Assembly (NCBI RefSeq): GCF_009834535.1
Contig: NC_045697.1
Span: 8,806,001 to 8,870,000, forward strand
Origin: Camelus ferus
Lineage: Eukaryota
Length of the DNA: 64,000 nucleotides
Direction of reading: 5' to 3'
The stretch's first letter is position 1, and the number at the start of each line of letters is the position of its first letter. Under the pieces are notes generated by a model. It made no database searches. It was not told where the DNA came from and saw only the letters and a list, made by a program, of their open reading frames with translations. Of this stretch, positions 12,770 through 24,666 are shown piece after piece. The position numbers and the translations under genes are program-made.

Positions 12770-12941
12770 GAACCCCTTACTGATGTGTATAGCAGTCCCT
12801 CGCCAAGCAAGATTCCGTGAAAACAAGGTCTCATATTGGCATAATTTTAACTTAAGAACCCCTTACTGACGTGTATAGCAGTCCCTCGCCAAGCAAGATT
12901 CCGTGAAAACAAGGTCTCATATTGGCATAATTTTAACTTAA
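12770..12941. repeat. Tandem duplication, 2 x 86 bp
   Basis: 12770-12855 equals 12856-12941 except T12784 vs C12870. Confidence 0.95.
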
Positions 12942-14667
12942 TAATTTTAAGTGTCTGATTTTACATGAGCAAGACTGAGTTTAGTTCCCTTTGAAGAACA
13001 ACTGCTTTCGTGCTTTATAGGTTTTGTATGCCGAGGACAGGCAGTTCCAGGAAATTTGCCTTCCATTTAGCCTCTCAACATATGAGAAAAAAAAAAAAAA
13101 TCCAAGACCCTCTTTTCCAAACGAGCTTTTAAAGCCCTGGTATCAACTGTGAAAAGGGGGGAGCCATGCAAACTGACGTGACAGCACTCCGTGATCAGCA
13201 GAGTGCTGTGTGAGCGTGTGGGCACACCAGTGACACTGTCGGGAAGTTTCCCTCTCCCATCCCACCCCCTCCCCCCAACCAACCCTAATATTTTGGTTAC
13301 TGTTCTCCTGGAGGTCTGGAGATGAGGTACCCCCTAGGTCTGCCACCCAACAGGAAAGGCTTCGACCTTCTCCCACAAGGCATTATTATGCAACCCTCTA
13401 ATGGCATCTTTTGATCTCACCTGGACTCTTTTACAGGTTCCTCAAACATCCTTTAAAATGTAGACAACAAAGCTATTGTCAAATGTCCCTCTTTTCTTAT
13501 TCATTAAGAGACACAGGCTGAGCCCCTAGGCTCCCGGTGTCTAGTATTACCTGCGGCTAAATGGGCCTTTGAGTCAGAGGGTGAAGTTTTATCTGTGGGG
13601 CTTCCTGTGGGTGGAACTATCAGTGGAGTAGCACACAGGTAGGTTTGCAAGGTTCCTAAGGGACAAGAGGGAATTAAGAGGTAACAGCTATAAAATAGGT
13701 TTGTTTAACTGTTTAAAAGCCACATTTCATTCTAATAGATGAGCCTAAAGGTAAGTATTCGTCAAGGCAGGAAGACTAAGGCACTTTTTCAATTAAGTAG
13801 TCACCTTTTCTGGGGGGTACAGCAGGGACAGAAGGTCCAAGTCTTCTTGTTTTGGCAAATACAAAAACAAAACCAAAAAAAAGCAAAAAAAAGAAAAAAA
13901 CAAAAAAACCCAAAAAACCAAAAAAACCAAGAACAAGATAATACTGTAAATCTGTTTTTTGGGGGAATACATACGATTTTTCTAGGTCCTTCTAAACATT
14001 CCAGTTTTTTAAACCCCCTTTAGGCTTACCAAAAAAATGGCTCTGATGTGTCCAAATGCACTTTAACCCCCTTTTTTGGTTACAGCATCACTACAAAGCA
14101 TAGGTAAGAATAATAGTAAAATGCCAAAAAAAAAAAAAAAAAAAAGAGAAAGAAAAAAGAAAAAGCAGGGGGCTATATTAGAACACAGAAGACACAGCCT
14201 CAAATCAGGAGGAAATATTTTAATTTCAATGATCTTTAATGTCTTTATTTGTAAAACAGGAATAATAAAGTCTGCTTTTTTAGGGCCAAGAAAATAATTG
14301 TGAACCTAACAGTATAGGATACATTAACCTACCTGGCATTTACTATCTATTCATGTCATATCTAGAGGTTTTTTTTGTTGTTGTTTGTTTGTTTTTTGTT
14401 TTTTTAAAGTCATACTGTGATTCCCTTCCTTACTTCCAAAGGACTACAGGAGAAATCAGATTGTTGAACGTATGAGGGAAATGTGAAGCGATTAGAGCCT
14501 GCTCTAAAACTACACTGAATCATAATATGAAGTAGCCACAAGAAAACTGACAAACTTCACAATTTATCATGAGGTGAACAAACTTCTGCATAACTTCTCT
14601 GCTTGCAGGCAGAGTATAGCGCGGCCTTCCCAAGCCCTCCGAGGAGCTCTGCAATTCTGAGACTCAC

Positions 14668-14792
14668 TTGAGCACTTGCTGTCTAATATTGTTTCTTAGC
14701 TGGTTCTTATTGAGGTGGGGACTCCATGTATGAGTTGCTAAATGGTTCGCAACAAAGTTGTCAACGCGTTGTCTCAGATTCTGATAGGCAGG
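14668..14792 (-). CDS. BOD1L1: BOD1L1 exon 2 (125 nt)
   Basis: Acceptor (CT)9-AG; PAYQNLRQRVDNFVANHLATHTWSPHLNKNQLRNNIRQQVL(K); donor CAA|GTGAGT. Not in the ORF track; read directly. Confidence 0.96.
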
Positions 14793-15651
14793 CTAGAGAG
14801 AGAGAGAGAGAGACAAAAGACAAATGTTAAAAATCTCCACTGTTACACAGTATCAACACTGACAGCCTCAGGAATTTGAGTATCTTTAATAGCGTTAACA
14901 ATTCTTAGGTTATAGTATCAATGGGGCAACAAGCTTTCACAGTTTATGACACTCCTGCTTCAGGATAATTTTTAAGTCATTTAAACACCTTTCATTTTGT
15001 TTAAGACAAGAAGTTTGGAGATGAAGAACAAGAAGAAGACAAACGTATCTCTTATTTAAAGACAAGGGACTAGAAAATAAGGTACCAGTAAGTATTACTG
15101 TTAGATGATTTGGAGCAAAGAAAGGGAGAGGAACAGAGGTAGTAAGCCTCCATTGAGAGCATGGCATCTAAACTGGACCTTCAAGGTTTCACAATGCAGC
15201 TGGGATTAGGAAAGGCAGGCGTTACCAGTATGGCCAACAATATACACAAAGAGCAAGTAGATGAGAAAACACGGGGTCAGGAGCATTAGGGAGCCCCACG
15301 TTGTTAAGGTGGAGAAGGGAATACAAAAAAGTAGAGCAATGAGGCTGGAGACATAGCTTGGGGCCAGAGTCTAGAAGGATTTGGGTACCTGTATAAGAAG
15401 TCTGGAATTATGGGAGAGAAAATGGGAACCCCCTACACATACAGAGTGCTATGTGATAGCTGAGCTTTCTGATGATTAATCTTCCTACAGTGAAAGGGGA
15501 AACTGAGACAAAATATATTTAGGAAAGTATGCAATAACTAGAATACTGAAGGCCTGTACTGGGATGGTGAAAATGGGCTGAAAGGCATGGCTCCAAGAGA
15601 AATTATGAAGGGTCAACTACTGGAACTAGGCATTAAATTTGATGTAAGGTA

Positions 15652-15872
15652 CTGGTTCTTAACTGGGAGCAATTTTGCCCCACTCTCACCCCAGGGGACA
15701 TTTGGCAATGTCTGGAGACATTTCTGATCATCACAGGTGAGGGGAGCTGTTACTGGCATCTAGCGTGGAGAGGGCAGGGATGCTACTGAATATCACACAA
15801 TGCACTGGGCAATTCCCCACAGCAAAGAACTATCCAGCCCAAAATGTCAGCTGTGCTAAGGCCGAGCACTCC
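15652..15872 (+). mobile_element. MER20 (hAT-Charlie) DNA transposon relic
   Basis: ggttcttaactggg...ccccaggggacatttggcaatgtctggagacattt...aaagaactatccagcccaaaatgtca, as recalled for MER20. Confidence 0.85.
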
Positions 15873-16849
15873 CGAAACAAAGGAAGGAGAGAGAGAATAC
15901 ACGTGTCATCTCTGCTTCAAAGGACACTGCCTAGAAGGATGCTTGACTGCTGAATCGGGACTGCAAACTTTCTTCCTGGAAGTTGCCCCCACTACTCATG
16001 CTTTTTATTTTTATTTATTTATTTTTTAATCTTTCTTTTAGGTGGCTTTTAACATAGATGAGTTTGAGTGTTCTCGAATGATTTTAAGTGAAACTGTACA
16101 GCCTCATCTTCCGCTATTTGCTCCCTTACCCGTCAAAGCTTATTCTCCAGTGATAAGTTCTCACCCCTTTAATCTTGTGCACCTACCACTCCCTGTCCCT
16201 GTCATTTGGCAAATTTCTCATCTTCAGAGCTCACCCTAATCTGTGAAGTCAAGCTGACACCCCAGGTAGGCCTTTTCCCCATGTTCCACCTGTCTCCTAT
16301 ACATACTATCATTCAAGTAATTCTATGTTGTGGGGAGTGGGGAATATTTATCTCCCTACTGACACGTAAGCCTGTTCCTCCCACAGGAACAGGCTTGCAT
16401 CTTTGATTCCACACAACTTTTCACACTGTCAGGCAGATAAGCAATTAAAAAGCAGTTGTTAGATGAGAGGACTGGGTAATAATCAAGGCAACACAGATGA
16501 TAAAGGTTTTATCCCTTTGTGAGACCCCTTCATCTCTTCCAATTTCCAGACTTTTGCTCATACCTATTTTCTATCCTACCAAAAACGGGCTCACGATCAT
16601 TTCTCATATTCCTCTCCATTTATCTAAAATCAATGTGAACTGAAATTAACTCCCCCCCTCAATGATTCTAAAATATAATTCTTCTCCCCAGTGTTTCCAA
16701 ATTCAGAAGCATTAGGCTCAAACATCACAATGCAGTTAACATTCCAGTTGCCCCACAAGCTTCAATTTTAACGACAGCATGTAATTTTCCTGGTTTCTAG
16801 GTTCTCTTTTTGGTAAAAAGCCTAGTGATGAGAGAAGTATCTTGAGTTC

Positions 16850-17735
16850 CGCTGTTCTCCTGGGAATAGTTATGCATCTCCTTCCTCTTCTGGAGCTCTG
16901 GTCAAAAGCCTTGGAGTCACCCTTGACCCCTCCCTTTCTCTTCCATCCCATATTCAAAACAACAGCAAATCCTGTCATCATTAGCATCAAAATACAGCCA
17001 GAATCTGACCACTTCCTGCCATCTTTACTGCTACCCCTCTGGCCCAGAGCTTTCTCATCTCCTGCCTAGAGTTATGGACCTCCTTGCTTCCATCCTTGCC
17101 TGTCTGAAGTCTATTTCCCACAGTGCTAGTGCAAATCTCCTAAGATTAGGGTAACCATATAATTTATTGTCCAAACCAAATCATGACTGAATGTTAAAGG
17201 GACACTGTTGATAATTACATGTGGTCAAGCCATCCAAAATGAAAGTCAGATCACATCCGTCTTCTGCTCTACACCTGCCAATGGCCTCTCAGTTCCAGTA
17301 AGAGCTAAACTCTTCCGATGGCTTCCATGGCCTGACAGATCTGCGAAGCGAGGGGGCAAGGACACTCCTACCTCACCTTCTATCACTTTCTCCCTCAGCA
17401 GGTGCTGCCCTGGGCCTTCCACACTTGCTGCCAGTCTCTTCCTGGGATTGGAGTGCTCAGCCTCCAGAAATGGACAGCTCCTTCAGCTCCTTCAGTAGTG
17501 GCTTAAATGTCATCTTACTGAAATCCTTCCCTGAACAACTCACTCAAATCAGCAAACCTTTCCCCCTCATCCTGCTTTCTTTCTTCCACAGAACCTCTCA
17601 CACACTATTTATTGTCTGTTTTTCTTTTCTGGGATTCAAGCTCCCTATCAGGATGCACTTTCTGTTCACTGCTGTATCCCTGGCACTTAAAACAATGCCT
17701 GGTACATTGCAACTATTTGTTGGGTGAATAAACCA
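16850..17735 (+). mobile_element. L2 3' fragment, interrupted near 17148-17235 by a small hAT-Blackjack (MER94-like) piece
   Basis: L2 motifs (ccttggagtcacccttgac, ccagaatctgaccacttc, aatgcctggtaca...tatttgttg); inserted tagggtaaccatataatttattgtccaaacc. Confidence 0.65.
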
Positions 17736-19549
17736 TATACTTCTGCCTTTGATATTCCTTTTGAATCTAAAAAGGATTCAATAATCACAGTGACCAGGAG
17801 CCATTTATAACTGAAAAAGTACCCCCAAACTGGCCCTTATTACCTAAGGAGAGGTGCCAAATTGACTTAGTCAGTGAGCTCCCTGCCTGGGACTGAGAGA
17901 CAGGCTCTAATCAGTGCAAAGGGGTCAGAAAGGCTTTATAATCTCTTAGCTTGCTCCAAGGACCTGGGAACTGGGTCTACAGTAGAGGAGCCTCCGTGTT
18001 AGCTGAATCTTGGGGCTACATTTTAATGTGTCCCCCCAAAATGTTTTAGGACTCTGCTTTTAAAGGATCTGGCAGGGATATTACAAACACAACAATACCA
18101 TTCAGCGGGGTTGGAGTTGAAGAAAAAATTGAGCGTTAGATATTGCAGCCCCCCACCTCTCTTCAGTATATTTTAATTTTCAATCTGCATACACAATAAT
18201 ACACAGATTTGTAGGTTTCTGAGAACAGCAAAGTGAAATCTCTACTTGCCTGTATACATAATCAGCTTTATTTAGTTGAGTCACATTTACTTGGCCATGT
18301 CCCATGAAAGAAAGGAAGGAAGGAAGAGAGAGAAAAGGAAGAGGGAGAGAGGGAGAAGAGGAGGAACTAAGAGGCAATAGGCATTATTTTCAAAAGTTGG
18401 TTGTGCATATTCCTTAAAACAAAGTGAGAAGACTATACACATGCTACATAGATGAACATCCCCAAGTAAATTGAATTCTCTGTGGTGCAGAAACTCTAAC
18501 ACCTCCAAAAGGCACATTCTACTTCTGGTCTACAAGGTGGGCCAGAGTTTTTAAAAGGGAAGATGTCCCCAGATTTTCAGGTAGGTTTTCCCAGAGAAGA
18601 TAGAAAAATTGTACAGAGTTCACCTCAAAGCCTGAACCCTTTTCTCAAAGAAACATGGTTCTTTAGAAGAGTTGAACATGCTATGAGAAAACGCTCACCC
18701 CATCAAAACTTTAAATCAGTGAACCAAAACAGAGCTAAGTAAAACAAACAAACAAACAACCCCGTCCAATTTCCCAGCCATTTCCAACTGAACCTTCCTG
18801 CTTCATTTTCTTCCAGACTTCCAGACCCTACTGGGTTTCCACCATCTCCCTGAATGCTCCTTCCGGGTATCCTCTACTCATTCTTAGCTGAACCAGCTAA
18901 GTTTACCTGTTTCTGCTAATGCCCTTTCCACTCTGACATTTGGTACAAAATTCCTTCCCCTTCCTAGCTCCAAACTTCTTTTGTACAGGGAATCACTTTG
19001 CTGACCTTCCCCCTCTACCCTTTACTCTCCCAAACGCATTCTTTTGTCCAGTCTTTTTTCCACTTCAATATCTGCTGTCATCTCTCGTCCATCCTTTCCT
19101 CAGTTCTCTCTTCTCACCCCTCACCCCACTTCCTCTCCCTTCTCACTTCAGAGAAGTGACTTGGTCTAAGCTACCTAAGTCAGAGTCACTGGTAGAAACA
19201 AAAGTCCTGATCTCCCCAGCCCACCTTTTCACCGTCCAGCTCTGCCTCCTTACCTTTGCAGCCCTCACAATGTCCAGTAACACACACTGCAAACAGTTTG
19301 ATTCATTACCGCTTAACCTCTCCAAAGGGCAAACACATGACCCTTACCAGAAATCTTCAAGAGGGGAGGCAAAAATAATTTGGATAGAATGTACCGGGGG
19401 TAAAAATAATCAGAAATGACAGCTCTGTTAGCGTTAGTGTTTCCAAACGAGTCTCCAAAAGAACAATGACTTCGTCTTTCTATATTCCCGGCACCTAAGC
19501 AGTGCCCGGCACGTAATAGGTGCTTAACTAAGCTCGTCTGCTACGCAAA

Positions 19550-20830
19550 CGGAACGACAGGCGAATGAATGAGAGCAGCGCGCCTCGCACAGAGCCGGGC
19601 ACCTAGCAGCAGCTCAAAGAGGAAGCGGCTGCACAGGCAACTCGGTGAGAGGCGCGCTCCAGAGGGGCCCCGGCTGGGGAAGCTGAGGCGCCGCCGGCCC
19701 ATCGACACACGCGGGAGACCGACACAGGTCGTCCCCGGTCCCCGCACGCCCGCGGCCCCCGCGCGCCCCGAACCTTGGTGTCCACGTCGGCCAGGCAGTC
19801 CCTGCGGAACTGGTCGAAGAGCCCCTGGCTCTTGAGGTGGTTCACGATCATGGCCACGAGTTGCGGGTCCCCGGCGCCGGCTCCCGCGCCGCCCGCCCCG
19901 CCCGCGCCCGGGCCAGCCCCGGGGCCGGGAGGCGGCGGCGGCGGCTGCGGCTGCGGCGGAGGAGGCGGCGGCGCGGGAGGCGGCGGCTGCGGCTGCGGGT
20001 TGGTGGCCATGGCGGCCTGGGCCGGGGAGGGCTTGGGCCCGGGCGGGCGGGCACTCCTGGGAGGCGGCGGCTGCACCGGTCCCGCCGCCTGAGGGAAGCC
20101 AACGGGATGTTGTTACGGAACCAGCGGATCCGGAGCAACCCCGGAAGTGAAAGGGAACCGGGGGAAGGGAGGAAAAGGCGGCGACAATAGCAACCAAGTC
20201 CGGCGACGGGGGCCGGGAGGGGTCATTTTCCCGCCGCCGCCAAGCGCGGGCGCCCTCGCTAGGCCGGGCTGCGAAGGAAGCGGCGGTGAGAAGCCGAGCG
20301 GCACCGAGAAGCGGGCGGGCGGGCGGGCGGGCGGCGGGCTCTCCGCTGGCGCCTGGGTCTGGAGTCCAGGGCGGCCGGGCGTTCGGCTCTCGCGACTCCC
20401 GGGGCCTGAGGGCCGTCTGGGCGCCAGCTCGGAGCCGGCCGGGGCCCGGGAGCGAGACTCGGGCCGGGTTCCAGCCACGGTGGCGTTTAGGCCTGACGCT
20501 CTTGCTCCGGTTTCACCGGGCAGTCGAGATCCGTAGACATTTCTAATGCGAACCATAGGTAGAGCTGCTTATTCTAAACTCGCCCAACGCGCCTCGTCCT
20601 CAGCCTGTGATCCTGCCCACTTTTCTTCCAGGCGGGTAGCTCCAGGGGTCTCTCCTCCCCACCCCACCCCGTTTTCCCTTGAGCATCCCCTTAGTCCCCG
20701 AGTGTGCCTGTGGTCTAGAACCCGACTCCTCCGACACCTTCTTCCTAACGGTGAAGGCAATACCGATAAGCCTTTAGTTTTTAAAGTTTTGCTGTATTTT
20801 TGTTTGATCAGTAGGTAACGCGTATTAGCA
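19550..20830. promoter_or_regulatory. CpG island / BOD1L1 promoter
   Basis: Very high GC and CpG density around exon 1; ETS/GABPA motif CCGGAAGTG 20141-20149; tandem GGGC (Sp/KLF boxes) 20311-20339; BANP-like TCTCGCGA 20388-20395; no TATA box seen. Confidence 0.9.
19774..20010 (-). CDS. BOD1L1: BOD1L1 coding exon 1 (237 nt): poly-Pro, Gly/Ala stretch, start of BOD1/Shg1 domain
   Basis: ATG at 20010 in perfect Kozak GCCGCCATGG; translates MATNPQPQ...[32 protein letters not shown]; donor AAG|GTTCGG. Confidence 0.96.
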
Positions 20831-21010
20831 CGCATTATGTGCCAGGCGTGGCGTTAAGAACCTTTACCTGCATTAATTCTCCCAGTCTTCAGAACAGCTC
20901 TAAACTAGGTCTTACCAGTATCACCAATTTGCAAATCAAGAAACTGAAATCCTGGGGAGATTACATAAATTATCCAACAGACAGCAAACTGCCTGATTCT
21001 GGACTGAGTT
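20830..21010 (-). mobile_element. MIR SINE
   Basis: tatgtgccaggc...aatttgcaaatcaagaaactga, reverse MIR core. Further MIR relics near 7150-7310, 25190-25325, 37010-37200, 38915-39115, 51070-51230, 61870-61990. Confidence 0.6.
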
Positions 21011-21589
21011 ATCTTTAAAATTCTATTACAAAGCAAAATAAATATTACACATTTTCATAATTAGTCAATGGAATGTAAAAGTTATGGGAAAATGCATCTC
21101 AGTGAAATAGATTTTGTTGCTTTTTAAAATTCATAGGTCTGTGGATGAATATGTCCTATTGCTAGAAGGGGAAGGATTGAACATAATTTTATTTCTATTT
21201 CTAGTTTTTATGGTTGTATGCCCTGAGAAACTGTGTTCATATAAGCAAATACTATTCCTGGGAACAGAGTTTTATGGTAGCAATCTCACTCAAATGTTTT
21301 AATCTCGGAAAATTTGATTTGATGCACTTTGAGTTGACTATTCAATTAGGCCCTTCTTCAATTTTGTTGAAAGTAAAGAATTGAAAGTCAGCTGACTTGC
21401 CAAAGTATTTGTTTACTTAGGGCTGGGTTACATAAGCCCCTGGGGTATAGGGGCAGGAACCCCAGAGGAGGAGAAAAATTGTGATGGAGGGGTAGGTGGG
21501 AAGAGAGGGACAGAGGCCTTCTGGTGAAGTGGGACATATCAGTCACCTTAGTTATTCAGTACTTTATGTGACAGGAGAGTTCTGTGTGG

Positions 21590-21957
21590 ATAATCAGAAA
21601 GATGAGTGTGCATCAGAAGCTCCTGGAGGGCTTGGTAAAACACAGTGCTGGCCCCATCCTCAGAATTTCAGGTTTGGTAGGTCTGGGGCAGGGTCTGAGA
21701 CTTCTCATTTTTAACAAATGCTTATGGATCACCATTTGAAAAATATTGGACTAGACTAACTATGCCCCACAGGCCTAATCTGGTTTACCTGTTTTTATAA
21801 GTAAAGTTTTATTGGAACATAGCCGCACCCATTGGATTTGCTTTGTTTCCATTGTCTCTGGCTGCTTTTGCTGCAAGGCCAGAGTTGAGACCGCCTGACT
21901 TGCAAAAGTGAGCTTTACCATCTGGCCCATCACAGAAAAAGTCTGCCAGCATCTGGA
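21590..21957. mobile_element. Adjacent MER5-like and MER58A-like hAT-Charlie relics
   Basis: catcagaagctcctggagggcttggtaaaacacag (MER5 type); gtaaagttttattggaacatagcc...cagaaaaagtctgcc (MER58A type). Confidence 0.7.
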
Positions 21958-22584
21958 CTAAAAGGAGGCAGCAAAGGTGTGGTTGTGAGACTTTGGAGTT
22001 GAGAAGCCTGTATTCAAGAACTTCTGCCGTTCCCTAGACTACAGGTTGCTTCTCTGAACAGTGGAGATGATGTCTAATTCACAGGGTTGTTGTAATGACT
22101 AATGGCTTTAGGGGAGGTGTTGGATATACTGAGACACAACTCTAAAATATGAATTTTCTCATCAGTGTTTAAGGACTCTGATAGTCATTTGTGGTCCCCT
22201 TAAGTGATTGGTTGCCTTTTTGTTGTATTTTTATTCCATGCTTTCTAGTTTCAACTTGTTTTTTTTTTTGTTGTTGTGTTTGGAAGAGGATACTCCTTTT
22301 ATGCAGATAACTACTTTTTCATATTTCTTTGCTTTTAAGATTTAAACTTATGCTAGTGATAACAATAAGATTTACAAAAGTAAGAATTCATTATGAAGTT
22401 AAGCATCCAGTGTCTATTAATGTTACTGAGTTGCTGGTTATTTTGACAGTTGGGATGGCAATATATCCGATAGCTTGAAATAAAAGTTACTCCTTTAAAG
22501 GCTTGTAAAAATGAAAGGAATTTTGCATTTTAAAGAGTTAGTCTTTGATTAGATTGTTTTTATTTAAAAAATGGCCATGTGAGA

Positions 22585-22620
22585 GTGTGTGTGTGTGTGT
22601 GCGCGCGTGCGTGTGTGTGT
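22585..22620. repeat. (GT)n(GC)n(GT)n alternating purine-pyrimidine tract
   Basis: Direct reading, 36 bp. Confidence 0.9.
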
Positions 22621-23930
22621 TTACTGAGTAGTCTATCTAGATGGTATATGGTGACCTGAAAACTGAAAGCTCCAGGAATGAAACTAGAAAAGTTAGAAAT
22701 GCAAGAAGATCTGAGGAAGTGATGTGATATCATCTGAATAACCCAAATCCAGTCCAAGTCATCTGGGAAGAAATTCTGAGAGGGATGAGAAAATAGTGAT
22801 TATAACCAAGAAATTATATCCATAAGTAATGAAATTATTCTACCTCTGAATAAAGAATAATTTCAGAGGGGAAATGGCTGGCAGAGCATCGAGGAAAGGA
22901 AGGGATCCCCAGCGCCTGGAACTGGCGTTGTCTATGGAAAACACGCATTTGCTAGTAGGCACCAGCCATTTTGTTGATCTAATTCATTCTTTTCTGACTC
23001 TGTGGTCGTTAGACAACCTTTGGGTCCTGTTTGGCTTCACATTTGGCTTTGCCTGTGGAAAGAAGAAATGCTGTTCAGCAAATATAGGAAACTCCACAGG
23101 TGATTATCTCTCCCCCCATGGATGACTTTTATGCACACAAGGCTCTAAAAGCTTGGTTAATGGTAAAATCACTTGGGATTCAGATCCATTCTTTGTATGT
23201 ATTGATATTCACCTTCTGACCTTGCAGGTCTGAGGTCTGGGCCCCACACTGAGGTGAGCAAATTGAGGTATCTCTGTGGGGCCATTCTGGATGTTCTGTC
23301 TCGGGTAACATCACATTTATTGGCCTTGTTTTAAATCTAAATTTAAATCCCACAAGTTCCTTGTAGAAAATGAAGAAAACCCAGAAGTTTACTGATAACA
23401 GCTAATTGTCTAGTCTAGAGATAAACCCCCTGATACAAGCTGCACCAATTAGAACTATCCTGGAGATTTTGGAAAGTATTCGGTGTCCCTCTCTGGTGGC
23501 CACACCCGATGTCTGAGTAGTCAACCACCAGATCCTCTGTGGATAGAGCCAGTCTGTGGAAGGAAAAATATCTGACAACCCACAGAGTGAAGCACAGATA
23601 AGAGATGGATGACAAAGTCCCTGCCTGTCCTCCGCAGGTTCCTGCAGCCCAGTTATTCTCGTCCTTATCCATCCTTTGACCATGTGAAACAAATACCAAA
23701 GAAACATTCAAACTAGTAAAAATTCCTGTTGTTTAATATGGAATATGCCTTGTTATGCTGATGTGAGGGACTGTGAAAATGGGTGGCATGTGCACAGAAT
23801 TCTAGTGAGTATCAGTACTGGTCACCGTCTCCCGCTGGTAAACAATCTGAACCTTGGCTTGACACTTCCTACTAGTCCATGCTGGCACACCTCAAAACCT
23901 CAATACAAATCTGATATTCTGCATGCCATC

Positions 23931-24585
23931 TGGAGAGAAGCGGGCAGGGCACAGCCACTCAAGGAATGACAGACAGCAATTAACACCAAAATGGTGGAAG
24001 ATTCAACTCCCAGTAGGGTTTGAGGATTGAGATGGTGGGAGGTTTGACTTCTAGTAGAACTTAAGCTTCATTATATGGCTCCTTGTAACATATTAGCATG
24101 ATAAATAACATGCCCGCAGGTGCCATGACAGCCCCAAGGCTAACCACAAAAAGCCCAAGAGTGGGCGGTGGCCCAATTCCTGGGAATCTCAACCCCTTCC
24201 CTAGGGTAGTTGGAATGGTCCCACCTGTAGGCCTGTGAAGCTACTGAGCCCATAAAAACTGGCAGCACCACTCCTGGCCGCCTCTTGTTCCCTCATCTTT
24301 GGAGACAACCTGCACTCTGTCTATGGAGTGTGTACCTACTTTTACTCTAATCTCAGCACCCAACCCCCTACACCTCATGGCCTTTCTCTTGCCCTCTGAA
24401 ACAGCCTACACTCTATGCAGTATGTATCTCTCTAAATAAATCTACATTTACTCAACTGTGGCTTGCTTTTGAATTCTTTCCTGCATGAAGCCAAGGACCC
24501 ACACTTGGTGGGGCATGTCCCAGGGACCCAACTGAGACCTGGGACACAACTGTCTTCACGCCCCACATCTGTTTTTCCTGCATTA
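23931..24585 (+). mobile_element. ERV solo LTR
   Basis: TATA-like cataaaaa ~24251, AATAAA 24435-24440, R/U5-like ttgaattctttcctgcatgaagccaaggac; TSD not resolved. Confidence 0.65.
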
Positions 24586-24666
24586 CTTTTTCCTATTAGT
24601 GCCTCTGTTACTCCAGGGGAGCCATGAATTTGGGGGTGGGAGTGGGGAACAACTCTCTAAAAGTAT

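Larger units (their letters stand above)
1..20010 (-). other. BOD1L1: BOD1L1 gene, 5' portion: join(19774..20010,14668..14792,9954..10144,8869..9483,8115..8264,5964..6130,4501..4612,3466..3604,2421..2493,<1..609); continues beyond position 1
   Basis: Ten exons with GT-AG boundaries and consistent phases give one open frame from [12 protein letters not shown]... to ...LGKDGKP, matching mammalian BOD1L1 (Shg1/BOD1 domain, SETD1A partner, fork protection) as recalled. Confidence 0.97.

Noticed and set aside
12770..12941. CRISPR-like or snoRNA interpretation of the direct repeats (also 27981-28082)
   Set aside because: Two adjacent copies without spacers in mammalian DNA; no properly arranged C/D or H/ACA boxes.
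20011..20115. In-frame GTG (20076) N-terminal extension of BOD1L1
   Set aside because: Poor context (C at -3 and +4), in-frame TAA at 20113-20115, and the ATG has a perfect Kozak.
20200..20400. Ortholog of the miRNA annotated near the human BOD1L1 promoter (MIR5091, from memory)
   Set aside because: No recognisable mature sequence or convincing hairpin; cannot be supported from the sequence.
19541..20835. Many overlapping 86-218 aa ORFs on both strands
   Set aside because: Expected in a stop-poor CpG island; only the frame containing BOD1L1 exon 1 resembles a known protein.
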